A stretch of 64,000 bases of DNA, taken from the NCBI RefSeq assembly GCF_006345805.1, contig NC_043002.1:56296001-56360000 (forward strand), written 5' to 3'. This document shows positions 49,920-63,016 of the stretch, piece by piece. The notes below the pieces were generated by a model. It searched no databases and was not told the origin of the DNA. It saw only the letters and a list, made by a program, of their open reading frames with translations. The position numbers were made by a program, and so were the translations under genes. The stretch comes from Octopus sinensis. Taxonomy: Eukaryota. Numbering within the stretch: position 1 is the stretch's first letter; each line of letters opens with the position of its first letter.

Positions 49920-50125
49920 TTGCCTCCATGAGGCCCGGCACTCTAAAGGAAGTCCGCCACTTTGCTTTCATGAGATCCAAAGCTCGAAAAGAACTCAGTC
50001 ACCTTGCCTTTGTGAGGCCCAACATTCTAGGGGAACTCAGCCGCTTTGCCTCCATGCGGCCCGGCACTTGAAAGGAACTCAGCCACCTCACCTCCATGAA
50101 GCCCAACACTCAAAAGGAACTCAGC
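49920..50125 (+). repeat. ~42-bp minisatellite x5 inside a LINE-tail element
   Basis: Unit TGCCTCCATGAGGCCCGGCACT..AAAGGAACTCAGCCACTT, which produces the 14-aa periodicity at the end of ORF 49289-50071. Confidence 0.8.
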
Positions 50126-50994
50126 CTCTGTCAGGCTCAATGTTGAAAGATTGATTTTTTATGTGCCACCAACACGGGTGCACCTGGCTTGACGGGTCCT
50201 CTTAAGCAGAGCACATTGCCAAAGGTCTCAGTCACTGGTGAGTATATCTTTTCCCTTTCCTACAATGCTAGCATAATAACTAGGATGTTTAGCAATAAAA
50301 GAAAAATCTGTTATAAATGTTTGAAATTTTGGCACAAGGCCAGCAGTTTGACCGGTATTTTATTTATTGACCCCTGAAAGGATTAAAAATAAAGTTTCCT
50401 ATGACGTGATTTGAACATGAAGAACTGGAAGAAACGTCACTCAGCATTTTGTCCAAAATACTGACAATTCTGCTCACAGCAAAAAAAATAGAAATCTGTA
50501 ATAATGGTTTCAAATTGTGACATAGTGGCACAAGGCCAGTACTTTCAAGGGAGAGGGTAAGTCAAATGTATCAGCCCCAGTGTTTGAACTGGTAATTATT
50601 TTTGGACCCGAAGGGATGAAAGGCAAAGTAGACCTCGATCTCATAATATGAAGATGGACAAAATACCACCAGGTATTTTGCTTGTCATGCTAATGATTCT
50701 TCTGCCTTAAGGAGTGGCTGTGTGGTAAGAAGCTTGCTTCCCAACCACATGGCTTTGGGTTCAGTCCCACTGTGTGGCACCTTCAGCAAGTGCCTTCTAC
50801 TATAGCCTTGGGTTGACCAAATCTTTTTAAGTGGATATGGTTGGTGAAAACTGACAGACGCATGTCATATATATATATATACATACATATATATATATGT
50901 ATATATATATATATACATACATACATATATACATACATACATAAATACATACATATATATAAATACATATATATATATACACATACATACATCA

Positions 50995-51868
50995 TCATCA
51001 TTTAATGTCCGCTTTCCATGCTAGCATCGGTTGGACGATTTGACAGAGGACTGGTGAACCAGATGGCTGCACCAGGCTCCAATCTTGATCTGGCATAGTT
51101 TCTACAGCTGGATACCCTTCCTAACGCCAACCACTCCAAGAGTGTAGTGGATGCTTTTATGTGACACCGGCACAAGGACCAGTCAGGCGTTACTGGCAAC
51201 GGCCACACTCAAATGGTGTTTTTTACGTGCAAACTGCACAGGGGCCAGTCCAGCAGCACTGGCAACAACCTCGATTGAATGTTTTTTCACGTGCCAGTAA
51301 GGTGATGCTGGTATTGATCACACTCGAATGGTGCTTTTTACGTGTCACCAGTACGGAAGCCAGTTAGCCGCTCTGGCAACGATCACGCTCAGATGGTGCT
51401 CTTAGCGCTCCACTAGCATGGATACCAGCCATCAAATTTGATTTCGATTTCACATGCCTCAACAGGTCTTCGCAAGTAGAGTTTAGTGTCCAATGAATGA
51501 AAGGCACGCATAAGTGGTCTGGTTACACCCCTGGCATAGGCCACGAAGTTATGGTCTCATTTGGCTTGCCAGTTCTTCTCAAGTACAGCATATTTCCAAA
51601 AGTCTCAGTCACTAGTCATTGCCTCAGTGATGCCTAATGTTCATAGGTCGTGTTTCATCACTTTATCCCAGGTCTTCCTGGGTTTACCTCTTCCACAGGT
51701 TCCCTCAACCACTAGGGTGTGGCACTTTTTCACACACCTATCTTCATCCATTCTCGCAACATGACCATACCAGCGCAGTCCTCTCACTTGCACACCACAT
51801 CTAATGCTTCTTAGGTCCAACTTTTCTCTCAAAGTACTTACACTCTGCTGAGTATGCACACTGACATT
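50995..51868 (-). mobile_element. RTE-X-like LINE, 5'-truncated 3' end
   Basis: LREKLDLRSIRCGVQVRGLRWYGHVARMDEDRCVKKCHTLVVEGTCGRGKPRKTW, plus the tail. Confidence 0.88.
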
Positions 51869-52124
51869 ACACACTGCAGTCAAGTGACTGAAAGAAAAAT
51901 AATGACGTTTAATAAAAAAACTTTTAACCATTTTCATATTTGCTTTGTTTATTCAAGATGCTGAAGTCTTACTTTCCTAGATTGATTTGCTTTCATTATC
52001 AATCCTGCAGAATTATGCACCTAAAATTAAAAGCATTAAGAAAAAAAAGCTGAAAATGAAAACAAATTGAAAATGGAGGAGAAAAGAAATTTTTAGAAAA
52101 AGACAGTACTTCTACCTTATTTAA

Positions 52125-52490
52125 TGTATCCATCATGGCACTCCATCAGTTACGATGACGAGAGTTCCATTTGATTCGATCAATGGAACAGCCTGCTCGT
52201 GAAATTAACATGTAAGTGACTGAGCACCCCACAGAATTATGTACCCTTAGTGTAGTTCTTGAGGAGATTCAGCATGACACAGGTCCTCTGAAATACATGT
52301 ACAACAGAAACAGGAAGAGAGAGTGAGAGAAAGTTGTGGTGAAAGAGTACAGTAGGGGTCGCCACCATGCCCTGCCGGAGCCTCATGAAATTTTCGGTGT
52401 TTTTGCTTAATAAACACACGCAATGCCTACTCTGGGAATTGAAACAGTGTTCCCACGTCCGCTGCCCTAACCACTGGGCCATTACACCTC
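52125..52490 (-). mobile_element. Third tRNA-derived SINE family (head GGAGGTGTAATGGCCCAGTGGTTAGGGCAGCGG); fragments at ~6370-6600, 20520-20760, 21640-21870, 30850-31150
   Basis: tRNA-like A-box TGGCCCAGTGG and a B-box-like segment; recurrent body sequence. Confidence 0.7.
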
Positions 52491-55400
52491 CACATCCATC
52501 TGAATATTGCTGATTCATCATCAGTTAACGTTTATTTTCCATTACTGGCATGGGTTGGATGTTTTGACAGGAGCTAGCAAGGCCTGGAGCCACACTAGGC
52601 TTCATTGTCTGTTGTGACATGGTTTCTATGGCTGGATGCCTTTCATAATGCCAACCACTTTACAGAGTGTATTGGGTGAATTTTATGTGTTATATTTATC
52701 TTTAAAATTGTTCACTAAAGGACCTGGAAAATTATTTTATTCTTTAAAAGAAAACAACAAAAAAAAAAGAATCATTTTCTGATGTATTTACATCATTGTT
52801 TATTATGAAGTGTACACCTGTGATCTTACCATTTTATTTCTCAGGAATAGTGTGCTAACTTTTATATTTTGAAGTCCTATCTCTTCTTTGCATTTGTTGT
52901 ATCTTGAGAGGGTCATTATGCCAAATAATAAACACATACACTGGTATATTTCACTTCTTTGTTATTTTTCAATTGTTTGATCAATCAATTAGGTTTTTCA
53001 AAGTTCTTTTGTTGTCATACAAACTACACTAATGACATACCCTCTAAGATCACAAATGACAACAAAAGAATTCTGATGGACCTAACTGATTGACTGAATG
53101 GCCAAACAATCGTTTGCTTAATTAGTTAAACAGTTGACCAATTGATAAAGAAATTAATAATAAAGAAGTGAAATGCAACCAGCATGAGTGTTTAGTATTG
53201 GCATGATGACCCTCCTGGAAGCAACAAAATCTGTTCTATCATAAAATTACATCAAGAATCTTGCTTCACACCTGTAAATATGGTGGCATTTTTGCTGTTT
53301 CTTTTCTCCAAAGTCTTCCGTCTTTTTAGGAGCAAGTTGACCCAAGTCTTTACTGCAAATTATCCCACATATTCCTTATGTAGAAACTTAAAATGTGGCT
53401 GCTATTGGATTTATAAAGTAGCTCTTTAGCATTTAAACTGGCCATATCCTGCCCAAGTATTTTATGTTTTATGTTCAAACCAACTAAATGTGGCCTCTCA
53501 CACCTACCCTAAAAAATAAACAATCACATGCAGGAGTTGCTGAGGAAAGTAACTTGCTTACCAATCACATGGTTCTGGGTTTAATTAGAGTAATCTGAAT
53601 GAAAGTGTTAGACATTAACTACCAGCATTTTCAAAAGCCCACAAAAAGCCTTTTATAATGCATGAGGCCAATGTGTAACTGGCCTGTTAAAAGCACCCTT
53701 TAATCATTGGGTGATATGCTGTGCTTGTGAAAACCTGACAAACCAAGTGAAAACGTAGTTGTGGCTGATGAGAGTGCTGTCTGACTGGCACTTGCGCTGG
53801 TGGCATGTAAAAGGCACCATTTGAGCGTTGGGCCTCAGGGAAGCAGTGACAGGTGACGAAGACCTTTAGTGATATACTGTGCTCGTGTAGAGCTGTCAAG
53901 CCAAGTGAGACCGTGGTCGTAGCTGATGCCAGTGTCAGGTCAATGGCACCCATGCCAGTGGTACATGAAAAGCACCCACTACATTGTTGAAGTGGTTGGC
54001 ATTAGGAAGGGCATCCAGCCACAGAAACCTTGCCAAATCAGATCAGAACCTGGTGCAACCCCTTGGCCTACCAGTTCCAGTCAAACCGCCCAACCCATGC
54101 CAGCATGGAAAGTGGACGTTAAATGATGATGTTAACCTGCTTTTCCAGGTTGCCACAAAAGTTTGGTCCTTCTCTCTAATAACTATTCAGTTAAATTTAA
54201 GTGGAGCCACAAATTTAAATCAATGTAATTTGTCGTGGTTAAAGCATTTGCTATCCCAGCATTCAGTATGAGATTCAGTCCCGATGCATGACACCTTAGG
54301 AAAGCATCTTTACTAAATGCCTGAGCCTGCCAAACCCTTGTGAGTGGATTTTACCCAAACCTATTTAACTATATAACCTTCTTTCAGTTCCCCCTCAGAC
54401 AAATTCACTTATAAGGCTTTGATGCCCTGGGGCAAGGACAAAAGACACTTGCCCACTGGTGACTGAACCTAAAAACGTGTCAAGAAGCAAACTTGACACA
54501 GCCTTATTCAGTAACGAGAACTCCAAAGCCAAAACTTTATTGAATCCATGAGGCTAGTGTGTCCTCGTTTTGCTGTCCATACAAAGGATATTCTTCAATT
54601 AATTATTTCACTTGACACAGAGGTATAAAATGACCGACTTAAGAATTGCACTTCTACCCACTAAGTAAACAACACTAAACTAAAAGTTCAACCCATTTTG
54701 GCCAAAGGCACCCTTTTAACCCTTGGAGTCACAAATGGCCCCACTAGAAAATATTTTTATTTTTCAATATACTAATTATTTTGATATCAGCACATAATGA
54801 TTAAAAAAATAAAGGATGTTGTTTTACATATGCACTTGTATGCAATCAGCACAGATGTACAAATTGAAATAATGAATTGAAAGTTTGGTAATTGCATTTA
54901 TTTCCATCTTACGACATTTATGAGATCAACGTGTTGTCTATCAAAAGTGCTCTTTGGTACAAGGGAGCCCCTTTGCCATATGGCCCCTGTTGAAAATCTT
55001 TGCACTAAACCATTGTAACATACAAGATTTAAACTTCATTTTTCTTTTTCTTCAATGGTCTTAGGATTGGTGTTCCTTCTTTCAACCAACCTCTCACACC
55101 TACCCTACAATGTCATTCTAAAAATAAACAATCACATCTTTTGAAATACTGAAGCCATCAGATAATGCATGATTAATTCAAAACAATGTGGAAGATATGC
55201 ATTGCATTTGACAGGTTAATCTGAATGCTAAAGGGAAGCATTGTTAACATTGATTAACTCTTTTGTCGCTGGATTTCTATTGACATATACTGTCACTGTT
55301 CCAATTAATGTTGAAAATAATGAAGAAAAAAGTTCCAGGCTTTGGGTAAAAGAAAATTCAGGAGGATCAGTTATGATTTTATCCAACATATTCCCATCTC

Positions 55401-55782
55401 AGATTCACACACATATTGCAGTAGTCCTTTAAAAGAGCTCAGAAGGTTGGGCCTCCAACCAGGCCTTTCACAATGCCCTTAAAAACCAATAACTTTTTAG
55501 CACCCCCTTATATGTTTGTGTCTAACTTTGCCCTCCCCTACCAGTGTTGGTGTGTTTACATCCCAGCTACTTAGCAGTTCAACAAGGGACCAATAGAACA
55601 AGTACCGGGCTTTAAAGAACTAAATTCTTCATGGTGGTGCTCAAGCATGGCCAATGTCTAATGACTGAAACAAGTAAAAGATAAAATAACTGTCATTATT
55701 TATTAAATAGGTATTTGGGACATAAACATGAAATTTTGGTGGAAGGCTTTACTTTAGATCACTTTAAAACAGGAAGCTTTCT

Positions 55783-56653
55783 TGGCTGTGTGGGAAGAAG
55801 CTTGCTTCCCAACCACATGGTTCCAGGTTCAGTCCCACTGCATGGTACTTTGGGCAAGTGTCTGCTACTATAACCTTGAGCTGACCAAAGCCTTGTGAAT
55901 GGATTTGGTAGATGGAAACTGAAAGAAGCCTGTCATATATATATATATGTGTGTGTGTGTCTGTCCTCCCACCATCGCTTGACAACCTATGCTGGTGTGT
56001 TTACATACCTGTAACTTAGCAGTTCAGCAAGAGACTGATAGAATAAAGTCTAGGCTTACTAGTACTAGGCTTACAAAGTCGATTTGTTTGACTAAAGGTG
56101 GTACTCCAGCATGGCCATAGTCAAATGACTGAAACAATTAAAAGACTAAAAGAATCAGGGTTTGTCTCACATTAAAATGGTCACATGTCAAATGTAGCTT
56201 ATCTGGTAGGCAGGAGTTCAATTCCTAAGCCAGATGATCTACATCAGTTTAAGTGGCATCACCAACAGGAAAATAACTAAAGACAATATCCTTGGTAATG
56301 AACAGTGAAGTGAAAACAATGAACAAATATAGGCTCATTAAAGGATTCAGTTTTAGACTTTAGGAAAGTGGAAGGTACAACAGGTGGCATTTTGTGATTT
56401 TAACAACCAAACTGGACAGGTTTTTCACTCAAGGGGCTTAGCCAATATGGTACAATGGTTTAGTGAATATAAGCATTAAATGTTGTATGATAATAAAGCC
56501 ACATCTCAAATACTTATACAAAACCTTACGAAGCGCATGGTTCCGGGTTCAGTCCCACTGCATGGCACCTTGTACAAGTGTCTTTTACTACAGCCTCGGG
56601 TCAACCAAAGCCTTGTGAGTGGATTTCGTAGATGGAAACTGAAAGTAGCCCGT

Positions 56654-56684
<31 letters not shown>

Positions 56685-57240
56685 GTATTTGTGTGTGTGT
56701 GTGTATGTGTTTCTGTCTGTGTGTCCCTCACAACATTGCTTGAGAACTGATGCTGGTGCATTTACGTCCGCATAACTTACCAGTTCAGCAAAAGTGACTG
56801 ATAGAATAAGTACTAGGCCTCTACAGAATAAGTCCTCCTGCATGGCCACAGTCAAATGACTGAAACAAGTAAAATAGAAGTTTTAAATTAGTGCAGGCTG
56901 TGGTTAAGAAGCTTGCTGGGTAACAGCATGGTTTTGGATTCAATCCCACTGCACACCTTTGGAAAGTGTCTTCTACTATGGTTTTGAGAGTGAATTTTGT
57001 AGGTGGAAACTGGATAGAAACCCATGGTATTTGTGTGGGTGTATATATTTATCTTTCACCACTTGATAGCTGGTGTTGGTTTGTTCACTTCCCTATAACT
57101 TAATGGTTTGGCAAAGATATCAATAGAATAAATATAAGACCTGTAAAAACCAAAAACGTACTGGGGTCCATTTGACTAATCTAGTCAAGCCGGTGCCCCA
57201 GTATGGCCACAATCCAATGATTGAGACAAAAAGTTAAAAA
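55783..57240 (+). mobile_element. Three same-orientation copies of the major tRNA-derived SINE (probably octopus OR-type); many other copies across the window
   Basis: Head TGGCTGTGTGGTAAGAAGCTTGCTTCCCAACCACATGGTTCC.GGTTCAGTCCCACTG, core GGCAAGTGTCTTCTACTATAG, (TA)/(TG) middle, tail GCATGGCCACAGTCAAATGACTGAAAC. The family name is recalled, not searched. Confidence 0.85.
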
Positions 57241-60178
57241 AAAAGGAACAAATAACTAAATTATGAAAATAAAATGTTTAGACAAACTTGTAATAAATTA
57301 TATCAATCCCAATGTTTATTTTTATAGATCCCTAAAAGGATGAAAAATAAAGTTGACCCCGGCAGAATTTGAACTCAGAACGTAAAGGACCAAATGCCAC
57401 TAAGTATTTTGCCTTGCATGTAGATGGTTCTGTCAGCTCATTATCTTAAATGATGATACCAATTGTTGCTTGACCTGCTAGGAGTAGCAGTCAAATCAAA
57501 TTACACTACCATTTTAAAAAAGAATATTAACTCGTGTATTCCTAAAATGAGATGGTCATAATTGACTTGGTTGTGCAGTTAAGAAGTTTGTCTCACAATG
57601 TGCTTTGCAATGACATGGTTCAAAGTTCAACTTCAGGTTATGGTATCTTAAGCATGTGTCTTTTATCATAGCTTTGGCCAATTTTCTGATCGGAATTTGG
57701 TGGAAACTTGTTGCAGCATCATCATTGTTTAATATCCGTTTTCCATGCTGGCAGGGGTTGGACGGTTTAACTGAGGGTTGGCAAGCCAGAAGGCTGCACC
57801 AGGCTCCAATCTGATCTGGCAATGTTTTTATATCTGGATACCCTTCCTAATGCCAACCACTCCGAGAGTGGGTGCTTTTTACATATATGTAAAATCCTTC
57901 ATGAAAAATGTAAACTTCAAAACAAATGGTACTTTCAAATGGGAAATCCCTCGACATTTGGTCCAACAAGATCAGAAAAGCAACCCCCACCAAAAGCATT
58001 CATAAAACCTGTCATAAAATAAGACACCAATTGACCAAAAATTTGTGTTAAATGAGCAAGTTATATTTAAGAAAGACTTGATTCAAGTATAACTCAATTT
58101 CTACATTTGTTTGTTAGCTGTTTCATCACAGCATCATTCAAGCAATATATCACTGGGGAGTTTGTTCTACAGCCAGATGTCCATCCCATATCTAAGAATT
58201 AGGTTAGTAATGGGCTGGGAAGGCACAGCTATATGCCAGGAAGCTTGCTTCCCGATGGAGTTCTTTCAGTTTCTGTCTACCAAATGTGCTTATAAGGTCT
58301 TGGTTGGCTCAGGGTCAAAGTAGAAAGGACCTCCTAAGGTGCTGAACCCAAAACCACGATATTGGGAATTGAACAAGGATATAACTTGTATGGAACCTAC
58401 TTAAGATAACGAAGCACATTTGACTTCTACCTTTCACTTGTTTTAGCCATTAGACTGTGGCCATGCTGGGACACCACCTTGAAGAACATATAGTGGAATG
58501 AATACCTGTTTTTTTTTTTTTTTTGAAGCTTGGTTATTCTATCAGTCCCTTTTGCTAAACCACTAAGTTATGGGGATGTAAACACAGAGAGAAACATATA
58601 CACACACATACACATAATAGTCTTCTTTCAATTTTCATCTAACAAATCCACTCACAAGGTTTTGGTAGGCCTGATGCTATAGTAAAGTCACTTGCCGAAG
58701 GTGTTATGCAGCAGGACAGAACCTGGAAGTATGTGGTTGGAAGAAAAGATGTCAATGAGGAAGGGTAGGATGCCAATCAATACCGTTGATGGCAGCAAAT
58801 CTTTGTTGAAGAAATCACATCAATGTTATAAAATTCTCAAAGCATTTAGTCATGTATAGTAAATATGACAAGTATTATCTCAGTTAATAATAAGTCACTT
58901 TAAGCCCAATCAACTACATACAAGATTAACCAGCCAAAGGATTAATTACTCTTTCCTGAAATAAATGCACAATTCTAATACACTGACATATCTGAGCCAT
59001 GCAAGATTAAAACCCCCAAATTCGTCTGGTATAAGATATTCTGAAAAGACTTATTTACAAATTTGCTCTACCCTATCACATTCAGAATATTCAGTTAAAT
59101 GTCACCTATTCACATTGTTTTGAATTAATCATATATTATCTTGTATATTTTCAAGACTTTGATGATTGAATGTCTATTTTTAGAATGACATTGTACGGTA
59201 GGTGTGAGAAGCCAGATGAGGTCAGTTTGAATACAAATTGGATAGAATAATTTGGGCTAGATTAAATGCTAAAGTGATAACTTAATTATTGTAACCCCAC
59301 TACCTGTTAAGACATTTTCCAATCATATGGTTTAAAATTTCAATATCCATTTACGTATCATACTCAATGTATACACATTAATAAGTTATTGTTACTTGTG
59401 GAGAAAAAAATCTTATGGTAGCCTGAGGTATAAAAACAACCTGGAGGGAAACAAGCATCACCCCGACAGCAGTCAGTCACAGACTTATTTCAGTTAGATT
59501 GTGTCCTTGCTGGGGCACCATTCTGAAGAACTTTTAGCCACATGAATCAACCTCAGTACAAATTTTATTTATTTTAAAGCCTGGTATTTATTCTATTAAT
59601 CTCTTTTGCCAAACTGCTAAGTTATAGAGACATAAACATATACAATGATCTTTCACTGGCTTAAGAAGATACTAGCCCGAAAGTTTGGCAAAAGAGGCCA
59701 GTCGAACCAGTACCATACAAATAATAAAAAAGAGTAATGGGGTTGATTTATTCAGCTAAAATTCTAGGTGGTGCTACAGCATGGCCGCAATCTAATGACC
59801 AAAACTTGTTACACTTCATAAATTTCAACAACTGGACTAATGAAGTTCTTTAGCCACAAAATAACATATTCCAAGTGAAAGAAAAAAAAAAAAAGACAAA
59901 TGGTGAGTTTAAAGAATAGCTTTCCAATATCTTTTAGTGAGATTATATGTACATAAGCACAATAGTCTTCACAACAACCATTTTAATTTTTTTGCAATGG
60001 GGTGATAAAAGCAAAAAATTCCAAAGGAATATATCTGAGAACTTGACATGTTTTACTAATATAGAATGCAACACATCAAATCCATTATGTTTAGGAAGAA
60101 AGGCTGCTAGAAATCTTTGGTCAAAAGGACTGAAAATGAACAAAAACTGTAAGGGATTTGAAGAAAAGTTATGTCAAG

Positions 60179-60212
<34 letters not shown>

Positions 60213-60694
60213 CTCAAGAAATTTAAATATCTGGAACCAAAGTTTCATGTCACCCTCACCTGCAGTTTGTTGTTATTTATATTCGTTCAAGTTGAGTGAC
60301 ATTTAACACAAATGAAAATCAATCAAAAAGAAAAAAAAATCATTCAAGTTTTGACAATTACCATTTTATTGATGAAATGTTTATCATGTAAGTGTAGAAT
60401 GAATTACAAAATGTAATGAAGACTTTCACTTGTCGTAATTGATAATAATATACATATCCTAGCTGGCTTAACCATCCTTTTTTTTTTTTCTAGTCAAAGT
60501 GTTTAAAAGAACACACCTCACGATTCATTTTGCTCAGAAACTGCAAAAATATAAACCAATCAAGACATTTGAATGTCATCAGTCTATAGTAATGTGTTTG
60601 TTTTAAACGAAATGTCATCATTCAAAAGACAGGAAGTAAACTCACGTGTCTTGAGAGGTAATATTGTCTCACAGGCAGTCTTGTCATGTGGTAA

Positions 60695-60700
<6 letters not shown>

Positions 60701-60740
<40 letters not shown>
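60701..60740. repeat. (AG)n microsatellite (others: 8-33 (AG)n, 8240-8266 (TTA)n, 41150-41221 (TATC)/(TA)n, 50865-50995 (TA)/(CATA)n, 60178-60208 poly-A)
   Basis: Direct observation. Confidence 0.95.
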
Positions 60741-60741
<1 letters not shown>

Positions 60742-62961
60742 TATTTAAATGAGCTAGATTATTTATATAAGTTAAGTGTTCTGGTACATGCAAGAAACCT
60801 GCCTTCTAAAACATGACAATGCAAGAAAGTGGAACTTTAGAGAGAAGCCAGATGATTTCTCTGTGATGGGGAGTGGGTGGGATGGGGGGGTGTCAAAACA
60901 AAATTCAGAATATATTGTTTTTTCATCAAAAACACATTCAACAAAGCATAAAAAAAGAAAAAAAAAAAAATCTGAACAGATTATGAAACTAAACTGTAAT
61001 TTTATTATTGTATGATGAAGTGGAAATGACAGTTGCATTTTTTTTTTGGTGCCTAAATAAAAATCAAAACATTAGGGTAAATTTAATGAATTTGACCATG
61101 TTCTCATTGAAATCTTAAAAGAAACTGTATGGGGAAAATAAATACATGGAGCTGATTATGAGAAACAACATACAATACAAAAATATCTTGATACTTAATT
61201 CAACACAAAATAGTCGTTAACAGACTAAATTGATTTGAATAATGCATAATTGAATGAAATAAAACTAACACGTTAATTAAATTCCTATTAGTCTAAATTA
61301 AGCAATGCAACTAATGAACTAGATTCCATCCAGTGAAGGGGATGGGGTTTCCAACGAAAAGCCCATCACCTGAAAACTTGTTTTCTGAAATAAAAACTAC
61401 TTGAACATTTAAAGTAAACCCTTGGCCAACAAAACAAGCAGGTGGCCATTCAAATAAATGAAAAAGGTTGTATTAATTCTTTGATACAACAAACAGTTCC
61501 ACAGAATGTGTCTGCATTAGAACCTTTTTGGTAACCCACCTACTCTATAAGCCCTCCCTAAAGAATAAAAACATGAAATATTTAAGTGGACTTAACTATG
61601 ACAAACTCAAGTCCAGTGATCAGAACTAGCAATCACCATTCCTGTGATTCCTGACTGAACAGAAGTTATCATCATCATCATGAGGTGCACAAGGAAAGCA
61701 TATACAACTCAAATAAACAATGTTTAGACAGATCTCAGGCATTCCCAAAGAGAAAGATAGCTAGCAAATAGTACTTATTGCTTTAGAAATCTTACAAAGA
61801 GATAGAGAGAGAGAGAGAGAAAAAAAAAACCTTTTCTGTAATTTTATTTTTCACCAACTCTCCCACCTATTTTCTCAATGTTTCATTTAACTGAAACTTA
61901 AGGGGAAAAAAAAATTAAATGTATATTTACGCTGAAGGAAATAGAAAAATTTAAATAATTAAAAATAGTATGGAAGACATAATTGCCAGAAACATTGAAT
62001 TACCATCCAATAAACTTTAAGATTTCATGTAATTGACAGGACATTAAAATGTTTGAAATGAAGGACTTAGATGTTCACAAATGCCTCTAAAAACTAAGGT
62101 TGTACTTGAAACTAAAACTGAACTGCAAGTCAAATCTTTGATGTTACCTAGAAAGCCCCACCTCCCTACACCTGGTCAACAAATGATTAAAGTTGCTAAA
62201 TAGTAATAACTCTCTCTAATGTCCAATTTATTGTATACAATAAAAACATTATTTCCTGTCTGCCTCCACTTAACTCCAATGAACAGAGCAAGAGAGAGAT
62301 ATTGTCCCTGCAAAAAGCTCAGATAACAGAAACAAATAACTAATGGAATTGAAAGAACAAAGAGAAGACAACTGAACCATACCACTGTTACTATTGGGAA
62401 GAACAGAAATCATTATCATTATGACTGTAACTTCAGATGTGTTAACACTGCAGAGTTTAGAGATGGCTTAGAAAGGAAAGGTTAAACACTGAAATTTTGC
62501 TTTGCTGGACCTTTTCAGAAAAACAAGATCAATTAAGTGTAACATTTCCTTTGCTGTTTGTTGGGTTGTGACCAGTCCCCCGTCCTCATTCTTCCCCGAA
62601 AACTCTTACCAAATAACCAAGAGCCCTCCACAAACGTACTACTTCTATATTCTCTACATAATTAACTACTGAACTGGTTGGTCGTGGGGCTTCCAGACCC
62701 GACAAGATACAAAACTTTGTTGACCACACTATATCTCCCATCACCATCAGTAAAAGCTATCATCCCTACACCAGTGAGATTCCTACATATCAAACCAGTC
62801 ATTCTATCCATTTAGTACATTCTCATGCAGGTAGTAAACTGGGTCCCCCCACATATGAAAGGAGAGTAGTCTTAAGCCCAAAATACACGACCCAAAGACG
62901 AAGCAGCTAATCTAGAACTGTGCAGTGAGTGAAAACATGGCTTAATACTGCAGCAACTAAC

Positions 62962-63016
62962 CTTTCCTGCTAAAAAGGGCATTTATTCTTGAGCTACCTT
63001 CGAGTTTCGTCTTAAT
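62962..63016 (-). CDS. Putative 55-nt exon of the same unidentified gene (5'UTR + ATG at 62982: MPFLAGK)
   Basis: Strong acceptor TTTCTCTCTCTTATTTGGTCAG and donor AAG|GTTAGT. It ends in phase 0 and joins 46866 in its only open frame. CpG content rises at 63-64 kb, suggesting a promoter just beyond the right edge. Confidence 0.35.

Noticed and set aside
49289-50071. 260-aa ORF, the longest in the track
   Set aside because: It crosses SINE, AT-rich spacer, LINE tail and a 42-bp minisatellite, so it is a chance open frame.
53004-53070. Perfect 15-bp inverted repeat (TTCTTTTGTTGTCAT) as a pre-miRNA
   Set aside because: The 37-nt loop is unpaired and the stem is too short for a canonical pre-miRNA.
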